Part shown: piece by piece, positions 28,321 through 37,750 of the stretch
Position numbering within the stretch: position 1 is the first letter of the stretch
Layout: each line of letters opens with the position of its first letter
IMG/VR virus record: IMGVR_UViG_3300027804_000046
Location: 32,001-96,000 of that record
DNA length: 64,000 bases
From: a virus
Direction: 5' to 3' (one strand)
Notes under the pieces: generated by a model
What the model was told of the DNA's origin: nothing
Database searches by the model: none
Seen by the model: the letters and a program-made list of their open reading frames with translations, nothing else
Translations under genes and position numbers: made by a program

Positions 28321-28907
28321 CAAAAAATAAAGGAAAAAACTTTAGCGCGAACAATACTGGAAAACGCAAAAAGTCCGATTTCTATGAAACGCCATATTCC
28401 TTAACAAGACATTTATTGAACGTTGAAGACTTTGATTCTGACAAGATTGTATGTGAGCCCGCTTGCGGCGATGGCGCAATAGTACGGGTTCTAGAAGATA
28501 AATGGCCGTCAAATAGAGTGATAGCTTATGATGCTGATATAGATTTTCTAAAAGATACCAGACAATACGACTACATCATCACAAATCCTCCTTTCTCTCT
28601 AGCTTTTGAATTTGTACAACAGTCAAAAAAACTTGCAAAGAGTAAGTTTGCTCTTCTTCTACCTTTATCATACTTACACGGTAAGAAAAGATATGACAAT
28701 ATATATACAGATAAGCGTTATCCTTTAAAAAAGATATATGTGTTCACACGATATCCAATGTTGGGAGAAAAATTGAGAGAAGATGGCAAGTATAATACCG
28801 GAATGATGGTATATGCTTGGTACATCTTCGAAAAAGAATATAATGGTAGTCCAATTATAGACTGGATTGATAACAACATGGATGTTCTTTCCAAAAAGGA
28901 TATATGA
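28317..28907 (+). CDS. DNA amino-methyltransferase (N6-adenine type)
   Basis: DFYETP, EPACGDGAI (SAM motif I) and ITNPPF (motif IV); overlaps the nuclease stop. Confidence 0.85.
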   Translation: MTKNKGKNFSANNTGKRKKSDFYETPYSLTRHLLNVEDFDSDKIVCEPACGDGAIVRVLEDKWPSNRVIAYDADIDFLKDTRQYDYIITNPPFSLAFEFVQQSKKLAKSKFALLLPLSYLHGKKRYDNIYTDKRYPLKKIYVFTRYPMLGEKLREDGKYNTGMMVYAWYIFEKEYNGSPIIDWIDNNMDVLSKKDI

Positions 28908-29332
28908 TGGCCGATCTTTTCAAAGATATCATACCTTCTATTCAGCAGACCAAGAAGATAGTTATAACACCAGAAAACGAGCGGGACTATGTCCCGTTCG
29001 TCGTTAACCGTTCTATATCCTTTCATCTGGATATGGTGATGCCTGCTAACCAGATGAATCTCCAACCCTCGACCGATAGTCTTCTACAATACCACTATTT
29101 GCTAAATACTGTAAGGGCGTATAAGCGTCCTTTTCAAAAATGGCAAAAGCGTGAGATTATAGAGAATTTGGAGGCGGTTAAAGAGTATTTTGGCTACTCA
29201 AATGAGAAGGCCAAAGAAGCCCTTACCATCTTGTCTAACGCGCAAATCGAAGAGATTAAAAAGAGTTTAAATAAAGGTGGTTTGAATGTTAGACATAAAA
29301 GAACTAGTGGAGGTAACGCTACCAAATCCTGA
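28904..29332 (+). CDS. gp62: Clamp loader small subunit
   Basis: Y.PFVVNR..S, AN.MN, KEYFGYSNEKAKEAL.IL and KGG motifs; upstream of regA. Confidence 0.9.
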   Translation: MMADLFKDIIPSIQQTKKIVITPENERDYVPFVVNRSISFHLDMVMPANQMNLQPSTDSLLQYHYLLNTVRAYKRPFQKWQKREIIENLEAVKEYFGYSNEKAKEALTILSNAQIEEIKKSLNKGGLNVRHKRTSGGNATKS

Positions 29333-29690
29333 TAACTTTCTAAAGGTTCGTGAGACCCTTTCGCGTATAGGTGTAGCCTCTAAGAAAGACAAGACCCTGT
29401 ATCAATCATGTCACATATTACATAAGCAGGGCAGATATTATATAGTACATTTTAAGCAGTTATTTTTATTAGACGGGAAGCAGTCAGACTTTACAGAGGA
29501 TGACCGCGCCCGTCTTAATACTATTGCCAACCTGCTTCATGAGTGGGAATTGGTCAATCTGGTAAGTGAGCAAAAGAGTGCTGAACCTGTATCTCCACTA
29601 TCTCAGATTAAGATTATTTCACACAAAGAAAAGAATGATTGGAATCTCGTTGCTAAATACAATATAGGCAAGAAGCGCAAGGAAGAATAA
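29286..29690 (+). CDS. regA: Translational repressor RegA
   Basis: FLKVRETLSRIGVAS, LYQSCHILHKQGRYYIVHFK.LF.LDG and W.L..KY.IG motifs. Confidence 0.97.
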   Translation: MLDIKELVEVTLPNPDNFLKVRETLSRIGVASKKDKTLYQSCHILHKQGRYYIVHFKQLFLLDGKQSDFTEDDRARLNTIANLLHEWELVNLVSEQKSAEPVSPLSQIKIISHKEKNDWNLVAKYNIGKKRKEE

Positions 29691-29691
29691 T

Positions 29692-31008
29692 ATGGCACAG
29701 TTCCGTAAAGATACGCACAAGTATCTACCTCAAGAGACTACAATTTTTGAAGTGATGATGCTTGCCGATCAATACGGCAATCTTGTTGGCCCTGCTAATC
29801 CGTCTGGTATGTCTGTAGACGCATTTGGTCGTTCTAGAGTTTCTATGCCATTAACCCTATTCGATTCATCTCATAGATATAGAGATAACGGACTTTGGGT
29901 GCAATCTAATAGTTCTGGTACCACAATTACATTCTCTCCTAACGAAGGTCTAATCAATCTTTCTATTGGTACAACTAGCAGCCAAGAAATTATCCGTGAG
30001 ACAACCAAAGTCTTCTCATATCAGCCAGGCAAATCATTACAGGTGATGAATACATTTGTAATGGCTAATGCTCAGTTAAATCTGACACAGCGCGTTGGTT
30101 ATTACGGATCAAACAATGGCATCTATCTGGAACAGGCTAACGGCGATATCTACTTTGTAGAAAGAACATTATCATCTGGTGTAATGACTGAGAATAGAGT
30201 TGCACAAGCAGATTGGAATATAGACACACTTCTAGGTGCAGTAGAGGGAAGTCCGTCTCAGAGAACTTTAGACTTGACTAAAGCACAAATTCTCTTTACA
30301 GATATTGAATGGCTTGGTCTTGGTTCTGTTCGTTGTGGTTTTGTGATTGACGGCCAACTCATTCACTGTCATTCTTTTCATCATGCTAATCGTATTGCAT
30401 CAACATATATGACCACAGCATCTCTGCCTCTGAGATACGAGATTAAGAACGTCGGCTCGACTGGCAACTCAAGCACATTGAAGCAAGTATGTTCCACTGT
30501 CATCTCAGAAGGCGGATATGAACTCAGAGGATTCCAACAGGCTATCGGTACAACTATAACAGCACCCAGAGACTTGCCTGTTGCTGGCACAGATTACGTT
30601 GTCGCATCAATACGATTGAAAGAGTCTAGAAAAGATGCTATAATTATTCTTACTGCACTGTCAGTAATGGGTATTGGTAATAACGGTAAGTTTTTATGGA
30701 AAGTCATTCGTAACGGAACATTATCTAATACCACGTTTACATCTGCTGGTACAGATTCGTCTGTTGAATATAATATGGTAGCAAACAATGTTGTAACTGG
30801 TGGCGTAGTAATGGCTCAAGGATATATGGCATCAGATACTCAGAGTGCCGTACCAACCGATATTCTAAAAGAAGCACTATTTAAGTTCCAGTTAGAAAGA
30901 GATGCCTTGAACGGCACAGCTGGTTATCCTTTAACTCTTACAGTTGCAGGAGCAACTGATGGCTTGGACGTTCATGGATCAATGGACTGGGAAGAAATTT
31001 CAAGATAA
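29692..31008 (+). CDS. Putative virion structural protein (beta-rich)
   Basis: DAFGR.RVS.P.TLFDS, F.YQPGKS, D.EWLG.G.VR.GF and YMTTASLP.RYEI motifs seen in large phage proteins. Confidence 0.55.
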   Translation: MAQFRKDTHKYLPQETTIFEVMMLADQYGNLVGPANPSGMSVDAFGRSRVSMPLTLFDSSHRYRDNGLWVQSNSSGTTITFSPNEGLINLSIGTTSSQEIIRETTKVFSYQPGKSLQVMNTFVMANAQLNLTQRVGYYGSNNGIYLEQANGDIYFVERTLSSGVMTENRVAQADWNIDTLLGAVEGSPSQRTLDLTKAQILFTDIEWLGLGSVRCGFVIDGQLIHCHSFHHANRIASTYMTTASLPLRYEIKNVGSTGNSSTLKQVCSTVISEGGYELRGFQQAIGTTITAPRDLPVAGTDYVVASIRLKESRKDAIIILTALSVMGIGNNGKFLWKVIRNGTLSNTTFTSAGTDSSVEYNMVANNVVTGGVVMAQGYMASDTQSAVPTDILKEALFKFQLERDALNGTAGYPLTLTVAGATDGLDVHGSMDWEEISR

Positions 31009-31028
31009 TTATGACAATGGAGTATACT

Positions 31029-31601
31029 ATGAAAAGATTGAACGTATATAAGACTGATCCAAATATTACATTACCTAAGTTTGCCACAAAGCAATCAGCC
31101 TGTTTTGACTTATCATTTCAGGCTGAAGGTAAGTCGCTCTATCACGGCTATAACAAGACGAATGCGCCTTTTACTCGACCACTATCGACAGGTTCAATTC
31201 GTATCATGCCAGGCGACAGAGTGTTAGTGCCAACAGGACTCATCTTTGACATTCCTGCAGGACACTCTTTACGCATTCATCCTCGTTCTGGTCTATCTTA
31301 CAAGCAGGGTCTTGTTCTAGCCAATCTAGAAGCCGTCATCGATTCAGATTACATCGAAGAAACATTTATCATTCTGACTAATCAGTCCGATGTCGACCAG
31401 ACGATTTATCACGGCGACCGTATTGCTCAGGCCGAGTTGATAAAGAGTGAAGAATATGTGTTATGGGAAATCTTTGATGCACCAACACAGAAGACAGACC
31501 GCGTGGGTGGTCTAGGTTCAACTGGTGTAGCAGTTCTCAATTCAGAAGATATCAAGACGCCAGAAAAGCGTGGTAGAGGAAGACCAAAGAAGGTAGCATA
31601 A
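31029..31601 (+). CDS. dut: dUTPase
   Basis: ACFDL, VPTGL, PRSGLS, VIDSDY, GDRIAQ and R.GGLGSTG motifs. Confidence 0.93.
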   Translation: MKRLNVYKTDPNITLPKFATKQSACFDLSFQAEGKSLYHGYNKTNAPFTRPLSTGSIRIMPGDRVLVPTGLIFDIPAGHSLRIHPRSGLSYKQGLVLANLEAVIDSDYIEETFIILTNQSDVDQTIYHGDRIAQAELIKSEEYVLWEIFDAPTQKTDRVGGLGSTGVAVLNSEDIKTPEKRGRGRPKKVA

Positions 31602-31954
31602 TGCCGGCAATAGCAAGAAAAGCAGGAAATGATGATGTAGCCAGTCCAGATGGAAATCCTGGACCACCTTGCGCTCCAGGAAAAGTGATATGTAGTACTC
31701 CGTCAACTCAAAAAACTGATGCGGGTTCATCTGATGTTTTTATTATGGGCATAGGTGTTGTAAGAGAAGGTGATGCAATGATACCACATCCTGCTCCCGT
31801 ATGTGGTTGTGCTCCTCATGCTCCTACACTTAGCACATTTTCCTCAAGAGTATACGCTAACGGAAAAAGAATTGGTAGAGTAGGCGATGCTTATGATGGA
31901 CATGTTATAAGCACAGGTGCGCCAACAGTCTCAGATGGAAGCGCACAAGCCTAA
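31601..31954 (+). CDS. PAAR spike-tip protein (gp5.4-like)
   Basis: MPAIAR, GSSDVF, VVREGD...H, R.GD and GA.TV motifs; Cys/His ligands. Confidence 0.85.
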   Translation: MPAIARKAGNDDVASPDGNPGPPCAPGKVICSTPSTQKTDAGSSDVFIMGIGVVREGDAMIPHPAPVCGCAPHAPTLSTFSSRVYANGKRIGRVGDAYDGHVISTGAPTVSDGSAQA

Positions 31955-31961
31955 AAAATAC

Positions 31962-31990
31962 TTGACATTTGAATTGAAATGTGTTATATA
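31962..31990 (+). promoter_or_regulatory. Sigma70-type promoter for hsp20
   Basis: CTTGACA-N17-TATATA. Confidence 0.55.
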
Positions 31991-31996
31991 TACTAT

Positions 31997-32084
31997 CGTG
32001 AGGATAATGTAATGCGTACCTCACACAGTCTTGCCGAAAGGAAGACTAAAACATAACTAACTTGCTAAACAGGAGTTAAACATG
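31997..32084 (+). promoter_or_regulatory. ROSE-like RNA thermometer in the hsp20 5' UTR
   Basis: Two 5' hairpins, then TAACTTGCT-AAAC-AGGAGTTA (32058-32078), in which UUGCU pairs with the SD leaving a bulged G. Confidence 0.65.
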
Positions 32085-32567
32085 AACAAGTTACTTTTCG
32101 ATCCTTTTTCTTTTCCCAAGCAGTTCAATACCACTGTAGGCTTTGAGCCAATTCTCAAGCGTCTTGCTGAGATGGCTGAAACTATGCCAAAGATGCAGAC
32201 TTATCCTCCATACAACATCAAGAAGGTTGATGAAAACAAGTATGTGATTGAGTTGGCCGTGGCAGGTTTTGGTCGTCAAGACCTTGAACTTGAATTGCAG
32301 GACGGCACTCTCACAGTAAAGGGATCTGTCAATTCAGAAGATGGCGATTATCTCTATAAGGGAATCGCTGAACGTGCCTTCACTCGCCAGTTCACACTTG
32401 CTGATACCGTTGAAGTGAAGAATGCAGACCTAATCAATGGCATGTTGAAGATTTGGCTTGAACGCTTCATTCCAGAAGAAAAGAAGCCGAAGAAAATCAA
32501 CATCGGTGAATCTGAAACTGAATCATCTACAAAGCAGTTTCTAACTGAAAAGTATGGCGACAAGTAA
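32082..32567 (+). CDS. Small heat-shock protein Hsp20 (IbpA-like)
   Basis: YPPYNI, Y.IELAVAGF, YLYKGIA.R.F.R.FTL, L.NG.L.I.L and PEEKKP..I.I motifs. Confidence 0.95.
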   Translation: MNKLLFDPFSFPKQFNTTVGFEPILKRLAEMAETMPKMQTYPPYNIKKVDENKYVIELAVAGFGRQDLELELQDGTLTVKGSVNSEDGDYLYKGIAERAFTRQFTLADTVEVKNADLINGMLKIWLERFIPEEKKPKKINIGESETESSTKQFLTEKYGDK

Positions 32568-32716
32568 TGATGTCGTTTCTAAAGAGACTTTTCAGTAATA
32601 AATCTGAGCAGCAAAGGATGCACGACTATCTAAGTCAGGCTACTGATACTGCTCATCTAGAAGTTCTTCAACGTGAATGGGATCGCATGTCTTATGCAGA
32701 TAGGAAACAATGGTGA
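32567..32716 (+). CDS. Small protein, DUF3563-like (49 aa), not in ORF track
   Basis: MMSFLKRLFSNKSEQQRMHDYLSQATDTAHLEVLQREWDR...; YL.QATD...LE...R..D pattern. Confidence 0.55.
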   Translation: MMSFLKRLFSNKSEQQRMHDYLSQATDTAHLEVLQREWDRMSYADRKQW

Positions 32717-32771
32717 TGTATCCTTACACGAACGAAGAATCTGACTGGCTATCTGGCCGGTAACGCTACAT

Positions 32772-32800
32772 ACTGAGGGAGAATTAACTCCCTCAGTTTT
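32772..32800 (+). terminator. Terminator-like hairpin immediately upstream of the pstS RBS
   Basis: ACTGAGGGAG-AATTAA-CTCCCTCAGT followed by TTT. Confidence 0.6.
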
Positions 32801-32815
32801 ATTATGGAGAAATGT

Positions 32816-33778
32816 ATGAAGAAATTAGTGTTTGCTGCTGTTGCTCTTGGTTTGATTGTTGCACCAGCACTTGCCGCCCGCGATACAATTCGTATCGTTG
32901 GCTCATCTACTGTATATCCTTTCACGACTATCGTAGCAGAACAGTTTGGCAAGAAGACTGACTTGCCCACTCCTATCGTTGAATCGACAGGAACTGGTGG
33001 CGGTATCAAGATGTTTTGCGAAGGCGCTGGTGAAGACACGCCCGATGCAGTGAATGCTTCTCGCCCTATCAAGGAATCTGAACTTGAAACATGTAAGGCT
33101 AACGGCGTAACTGTAACCGAGTTGAAGATTGGTTATGACGCTATTGTTCTTGCTATGGCAAAAGAACGTGCTGACATGGCTTTGACCACGAAGCAGATTT
33201 ACAACGCATTGGCCAAGTATGTCATTGTTGAAGGTCAGTTCGTAGATAATCCAGTCAAGACTTGGAGCGATTTAGATCCAAGTTTGCCAAACGAAAAGAT
33301 TGAAGTTCTTGGTCCGCCTCCTACTTCTGGAACACGCGACTCTTTCGTAGAACTTGTTCTTGAGCGTGAATGTAAGTCTGCTATCAAGGAAGCAGGATTG
33401 ACTGTAACACCTGATGATGAAAAGAAGTATTGTAAGTCTGTTCGTGAAGACGGTGCATATGTCGAGGCTGGCGAGAATGATAATCTAATCGTTCAGAAAC
33501 TTCAAGCAAATTCAGCAGCACTTGGAATCTTCGGTTTTTCTTTCCTTGAAGAAAACGCATCTACACTCAAGGGTGCCACAATCAATGGTGTTGTTCCTGA
33601 ATATGACACAATCAAGCAGGGCGATTACGCAATCTCTCGTCCATTGTTTGTGTATTTCAAGAACGAACACTTTGAACTTGTTCCAGACTTAAAGAAGTTT
33701 ATGGAAGAATACCAGAGTGGAGACGCCATCGGTGAAGATGGATATCTGATAGAGAAGGGTCTAATCTCTCTAGAATAA
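32816..33778 (+). CDS. pstS: Phosphate ABC transporter substrate-binding protein PstS (alphaproteobacterial type)
   Basis: Signal peptide, then ARD.IRIVGSSTVYPF, ESTGTGGG, NASR.IK, GPPPTSGTRD, EAGENDNLIVQKL and Y.ISRPLF.Y motifs. Confidence 0.93.
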   Translation: MKKLVFAAVALGLIVAPALAARDTIRIVGSSTVYPFTTIVAEQFGKKTDLPTPIVESTGTGGGIKMFCEGAGEDTPDAVNASRPIKESELETCKANGVTVTELKIGYDAIVLAMAKERADMALTTKQIYNALAKYVIVEGQFVDNPVKTWSDLDPSLPNEKIEVLGPPPTSGTRDSFVELVLERECKSAIKEAGLTVTPDDEKKYCKSVREDGAYVEAGENDNLIVQKLQANSAALGIFGFSFLEENASTLKGATINGVVPEYDTIKQGDYAISRPLFVYFKNEHFELVPDLKKFMEEYQSGDAIGEDGYLIEKGLISLE

Positions 33779-33779
33779 T

Positions 33780-33808
33780 TTGACAATACAGGAGAGATGC
33801 TATATAAT
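33780..33808 (+). promoter_or_regulatory. Consensus sigma70 promoter driving the glycosylation island
   Basis: TTGACA-N17-TATAAT; the -10 lies inside an inverted repeat AGGAGAGATGCTA/TAGTGTCTCTCCT. Confidence 0.75.
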
Positions 33809-33837
33809 AGTGTCTCTCCTTTCATTATGGATATAAC

Positions 33838-34575
33838 ATGAAACTCGTTATTGAAAAGTCTGTAGTTGTAATCACACCAACGATTGGTTCTGAAAAACTG
33901 AAAGATGCCATTACTTCTGTTCAAAATCAGACATATGGCAATATTGTACATCTTCTTGTCATAGATGGTAAAGAACATTTCAACGATACTTCAAAACACA
34001 TACATGAATCTATTGCTAATAAGATTCAACTTCTACAGTTACCCTATAATACAGGTGCAAATGGCTTCTACGGTCATCGTATATATTCTGGTATTCCTCA
34101 TCTTCTCAATGCTGATTACATTTTCTTCCTTGATGAAGACAATTGGTATGAGCCAGACCATGTTTCTTCACTTGTAGAAGTGCTTGATCGCGGCAACGAC
34201 TTTGCTTATTCATTCCGTAAGATTTTCAATCCAGATAAGTCTTATGTTGCAGATGATAACTGTGAAGCACTTGGCAAGTGGCCAATCTACTTCTCTCATA
34301 ACGATCCACAGTATCTAGTTGATACATCTTCATTCGCATTCAAGCGTGAGTTTTTAGAAAAGACTTGTCATCTCTGGCATTCTGGTTGGGGCGGCGACCG
34401 TAGATATTTCTATAGTGTGCTGCCGATGAATCCTAAGTGGGACACCAACTACAAGCACACTCTTTGCTATCGTCTCGACGGTAATCCTGGCTCTGTAGAT
34501 GCAGACTTCTTTATCAAGGGCAATGCTGAACAACTGAAACATTATAATGGAGAACTACCATGGCTAAAGACCTAA
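33838..34575 (+). CDS. Glycosyltransferase family 2
   Basis: VITPT, AI.SV.NQTY, LVIDG and YIFFLDEDNWY motifs. Confidence 0.85.
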   Translation: MKLVIEKSVVVITPTIGSEKLKDAITSVQNQTYGNIVHLLVIDGKEHFNDTSKHIHESIANKIQLLQLPYNTGANGFYGHRIYSGIPHLLNADYIFFLDEDNWYEPDHVSSLVEVLDRGNDFAYSFRKIFNPDKSYVADDNCEALGKWPIYFSHNDPQYLVDTSSFAFKREFLEKTCHLWHSGWGGDRRYFYSVLPMNPKWDTNYKHTLCYRLDGNPGSVDADFFIKGNAEQLKHYNGELPWLKT

Positions 34576-35450
34576 TCATTGGCGGAGCCTCTGGCTATAA
34601 GTATGATGATATCAAGTATTGGATCAACTCAATCAAGAAGTCTGGTTTTGAAGGTGATATTGTTCTTGTAGCAACAAATATGAAGATCGAAGAACTTGCA
34701 AAAGTTTCTGAAAAGGGTGTGAACATTCTCGCATACGGTCAGAAGGATGCAGATGGTAACTATTCATCTAATAGTCAGATGCCTCCGCACGTAGAGCGTT
34801 TCTTTCATATCTGGAATTATCTGAACACAACTAAAGAAAAATATGATTTTGTTATTACAACAGACGTTCGTGACGTTGTGTTTCAGAAAAATCCGTCAGA
34901 CTTTCTTACACAGGATGACTTCATTGGATTTGTTGCAGCAGGTGAAGGTCTTGCTTATAAAGATGAACCATGGGGCAATAACAACTATTTACAAGCATTT
35001 GGTCCATTCTTTCATAATCTCATAAAAGACAAAGAGATTTATAATGTAGGTGTGATGGCAGGAAAATACGACCTTGTTCGTGATATGATGTTGATGATTC
35101 TACAGTTGAGTGTCAATCGTCCTATTCCCATCGTTGATCAGGCTGTTTACAACTTCATTCTGAATACTGACGTTTTCAAGAACCAAACTGAGTTCTTCGG
35201 CAATGGTTCAGGTTGGGCATGTAATCTTGGCACAACTCTTGCAGCCATTCAATCTGGTGCTGGTGATATTGGTCAGAGAAACGATCCATCTACACAAATC
35301 ATGTATCAGACAAAGTATCTGGCTGATCAGCCTGTTATCGGCGAAGATGGTACAGTTTATAATGCTTATGAAATGCCATTCTATATTGTTCATCAGTATG
35401 ATAGAGTTGCAGGTCTAGTAGAAAAGATTAGAGCAAAGTATAATGACTAA
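34560..35450 (+). CDS. GT-A-type sugar transferase-like protein
   Basis: RFF, TTDVRDVVFQKNP, N.GV..G, DQAVYN and IVHQYDR motifs. Confidence 0.7.
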   Translation: MAKDLIIGGASGYKYDDIKYWINSIKKSGFEGDIVLVATNMKIEELAKVSEKGVNILAYGQKDADGNYSSNSQMPPHVERFFHIWNYLNTTKEKYDFVITTDVRDVVFQKNPSDFLTQDDFIGFVAAGEGLAYKDEPWGNNNYLQAFGPFFHNLIKDKEIYNVGVMAGKYDLVRDMMLMILQLSVNRPIPIVDQAVYNFILNTDVFKNQTEFFGNGSGWACNLGTTLAAIQSGAGDIGQRNDPSTQIMYQTKYLADQPVIGEDGTVYNAYEMPFYIVHQYDRVAGLVEKIRAKYND

Positions 35451-36324
35451 GCCGAAGCTTAAACTTGGATTTACAGACTACTACAACACGCTTGATGATT
35501 TCTTCATGAGTGTATTGTCTATGTCTTTTGACATAGAACGCGATGATGCTAATCCAGACTATCTAATCTTTTGCGACGAAACATTTGGTCAGAATAATAA
35601 GAACTTTGATCCAAACAAAGTAGTCAAGATATTCTTCACTGGTGAAAACAGACGCCCATGGAACTATGTTGCTCATCATGCGATTTCGTTTGACCATATG
35701 GACGGAAGTCAGTTCTATCGTCTGCCACTCTATGTACTGGACAATTGGGTGCAGACAAAGAATGGTGTACCTGATATGCTCAGTTATGATTCTTTGAACT
35801 TGAAGCCTGTAAAGTATGAAGAAAAAGAATGGTTTTGTGGATTTGTTGCGGGCAATGGCGCATCTGAGTACCGTAACAAGATGTTTCATATGTTGAATGA
35901 ATACAAGCCAGTCATGTCTGGTGGTCCATTATTCAATAACATTGGTGGTGTTCTTCCGCGTGATGTGATGTCTAAGATTAACTTCTTTCGTAAGTGTCGT
36001 TTCTCACTATGCTTTGAGAATAGTTCTTATCCTGGTTATTGTACCGAAAAGATTATGCACGGCTTTATTGCAAGAACAGTACCAATCTATTGGGGTTCAC
36101 CAACTGTTACTATGGACTTTCAAGAAGGATCTTTTATATCTCGTCACGATTTTGTTAGTGACAATGAGTTTATCGATACAATCATAAAAGTGGATCAGGA
36201 TAAACATACATGGGAAGTTATGGCAAACACTCTTCCTTTGCCTTATGTCCATGATAAGTTTTGGGATCTCAAACGATTTAATCTTTGGTTCTTAGAGAAC
36301 GTGTATAAAGGAGTTCGCTCATGA
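35443..36324 (+). CDS. GT10 alpha-1,3/4-fucosyltransferase-like
   Basis: PDYLIF, IFFTGEN, YRLPLY, FCGFV, K..F....RFSLCFENS...GY.TEKI and VPIYWG (GT10 signature). Confidence 0.9.
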   Translation: MTKPKLKLGFTDYYNTLDDFFMSVLSMSFDIERDDANPDYLIFCDETFGQNNKNFDPNKVVKIFFTGENRRPWNYVAHHAISFDHMDGSQFYRLPLYVLDNWVQTKNGVPDMLSYDSLNLKPVKYEEKEWFCGFVAGNGASEYRNKMFHMLNEYKPVMSGGPLFNNIGGVLPRDVMSKINFFRKCRFSLCFENSSYPGYCTEKIMHGFIARTVPIYWGSPTVTMDFQEGSFISRHDFVSDNEFIDTIIKVDQDKHTWEVMANTLPLPYVHDKFWDLKRFNLWFLENVYKGVRS

Positions 36325-37025
36325 AGATTGCAGTCTGCATTTCAGGTCAGCCTCGCTCTTATGAGAAAGGCTATGAGTATATGAAACATAATTTGTTAAA
36401 TCACTACAATTGTGATATATTCATTCACACTTGGCACAACAAAGTCTACAAGTCTAAAGATGTGATTAACTTGTATAAACCAGTGGAATCTTTGGTAGAA
36501 AATCCTTTATCAAGATCATTCTATGACAACAAGTATACTAATACACCAAATGCTGCTGGATGGCCACCACACGCAACTGTGTCCATGTTCTATTCTGTTT
36601 TTCAATCTTTGCTTCTTAAAACAAAATACGAATTGATATTTGACAAGTATGATTGGGTTGTAAAAACAAGATTTGACTATGCTATCAATGGTGTTATTCC
36701 ATTCAGTCAGTTAGACAAGAACAATCTTTATATTCCAAACTGTAGAATGGTACCAACTCATGATTTTGGCAACGACCAGTTTGCTTTTGGCAGCAACAAA
36801 GTCATGACAGAATATATGTCTACATATTTGCACATGGATCAATATTACAATAACGGTGAACCCATGATTGGTGAAAATATGTTGAGTGCTAATCTCAAGA
36901 GAGCGGGACTTGTTGGACAAAGACTGACATATGTGAACATGAACAATCCATTTCCACCAGGCAAATATAACGCAACGCCGCACTCACTCATTCGTGATGA
37001 CATGGAACTATGGAAAAACTCATAA
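36321..37025 (+). CDS. Glycosyltransferase-like hypothetical protein
   Basis: KIAVCISGQPR, DIFIHTW, SMFYS, YD.VVKTRFD and NDQFAFG motifs. Confidence 0.65.
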   Translation: MKIAVCISGQPRSYEKGYEYMKHNLLNHYNCDIFIHTWHNKVYKSKDVINLYKPVESLVENPLSRSFYDNKYTNTPNAAGWPPHATVSMFYSVFQSLLLKTKYELIFDKYDWVVKTRFDYAINGVIPFSQLDKNNLYIPNCRMVPTHDFGNDQFAFGSNKVMTEYMSTYLHMDQYYNNGEPMIGENMLSANLKRAGLVGQRLTYVNMNNPFPPGKYNATPHSLIRDDMELWKNS

Positions 37026-37750
37026 AGACACTCAAGGGTCATTCTGGCTCAGTTGTATCTTTACTGCAAGACAACCAAAAGATATTCGTTCGTAAGGTTG
37101 GTAATGTAGAACGCAATCACGAAAGATTATCTGCGCTTGTTGGCTATATCGATGTTCCTAGAATCTACAGTTATGATGGCACAACTCTCGACATGGAATA
37201 CATTTATGGACTAGATATGCAAAATTATCTGATCAATAATCCAATAAGAGATTTGAGTGACTTTCTTATTCGTACCATAGAATTATTCGCATCGAAAAGT
37301 ATTGACAAAGACTACACTCCAGTATATAATCACATGCTATCGTGGATAGAAGACGGAATGTTTCCTTTCACAAAGAACGAATTGATAGAAAGACTGCCGA
37401 AAGTTCTGCCGTGTTCTCAGTATCATGGTGACATGACTTTAGAAAACGTCATCTGCTCTACAGAAGGAAGATTTTATTTTATTGATGCTGTCACTTTGCA
37501 ATATGATTCGTGGGTGTTTGACATAGCAAAGTTGAGACAAGATTTGGAATGCAAGTGGTTTTTACGGCGTGATCCTATCATGCTGGATGTGAAACTGCTA
37601 AACATTCAAGATAATATACTAAAACGATTCCCGATTGCGAACAACGATTATCTACTGATACTCATGATGCTTCGCGTCTATTTACATTGTGATAAAAATA
37701 CTCTAGAATATAACTTCATCGTGAAGGAGATAAACAGATTATGGAAGTGA
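37010..37750 (+). CDS. APH/choline-kinase-like phosphotransferase
   Basis: GHSG, MEYI.G, HGDMTLEN, FIDA and DIAKLRQDL motifs. Confidence 0.75.
   Translation: MEKLIKTLKGHSGSVVSLLQDNQKIFVRKVGNVERNHERLSALVGYIDVPRIYSYDGTTLDMEYIYGLDMQNYLINNPIRDLSDFLIRTIELFASKSIDKDYTPVYNHMLSWIEDGMFPFTKNELIERLPKVLPCSQYHGDMTLENVICSTEGRFYFIDAVTLQYDSWVFDIAKLRQDLECKWFLRRDPIMLDVKLLNIQDNILKRFPIANNDYLLILMMLRVYLHCDKNTLEYNFIVKEINRLWK

Noticed and set aside
32720-32815. Pho box upstream of pstS (and upstream of plcP)
   Set aside because: I found no CTGTCAT-like 11-bp direct repeat by eye. A matrix scan would be needed to exclude weak sites.
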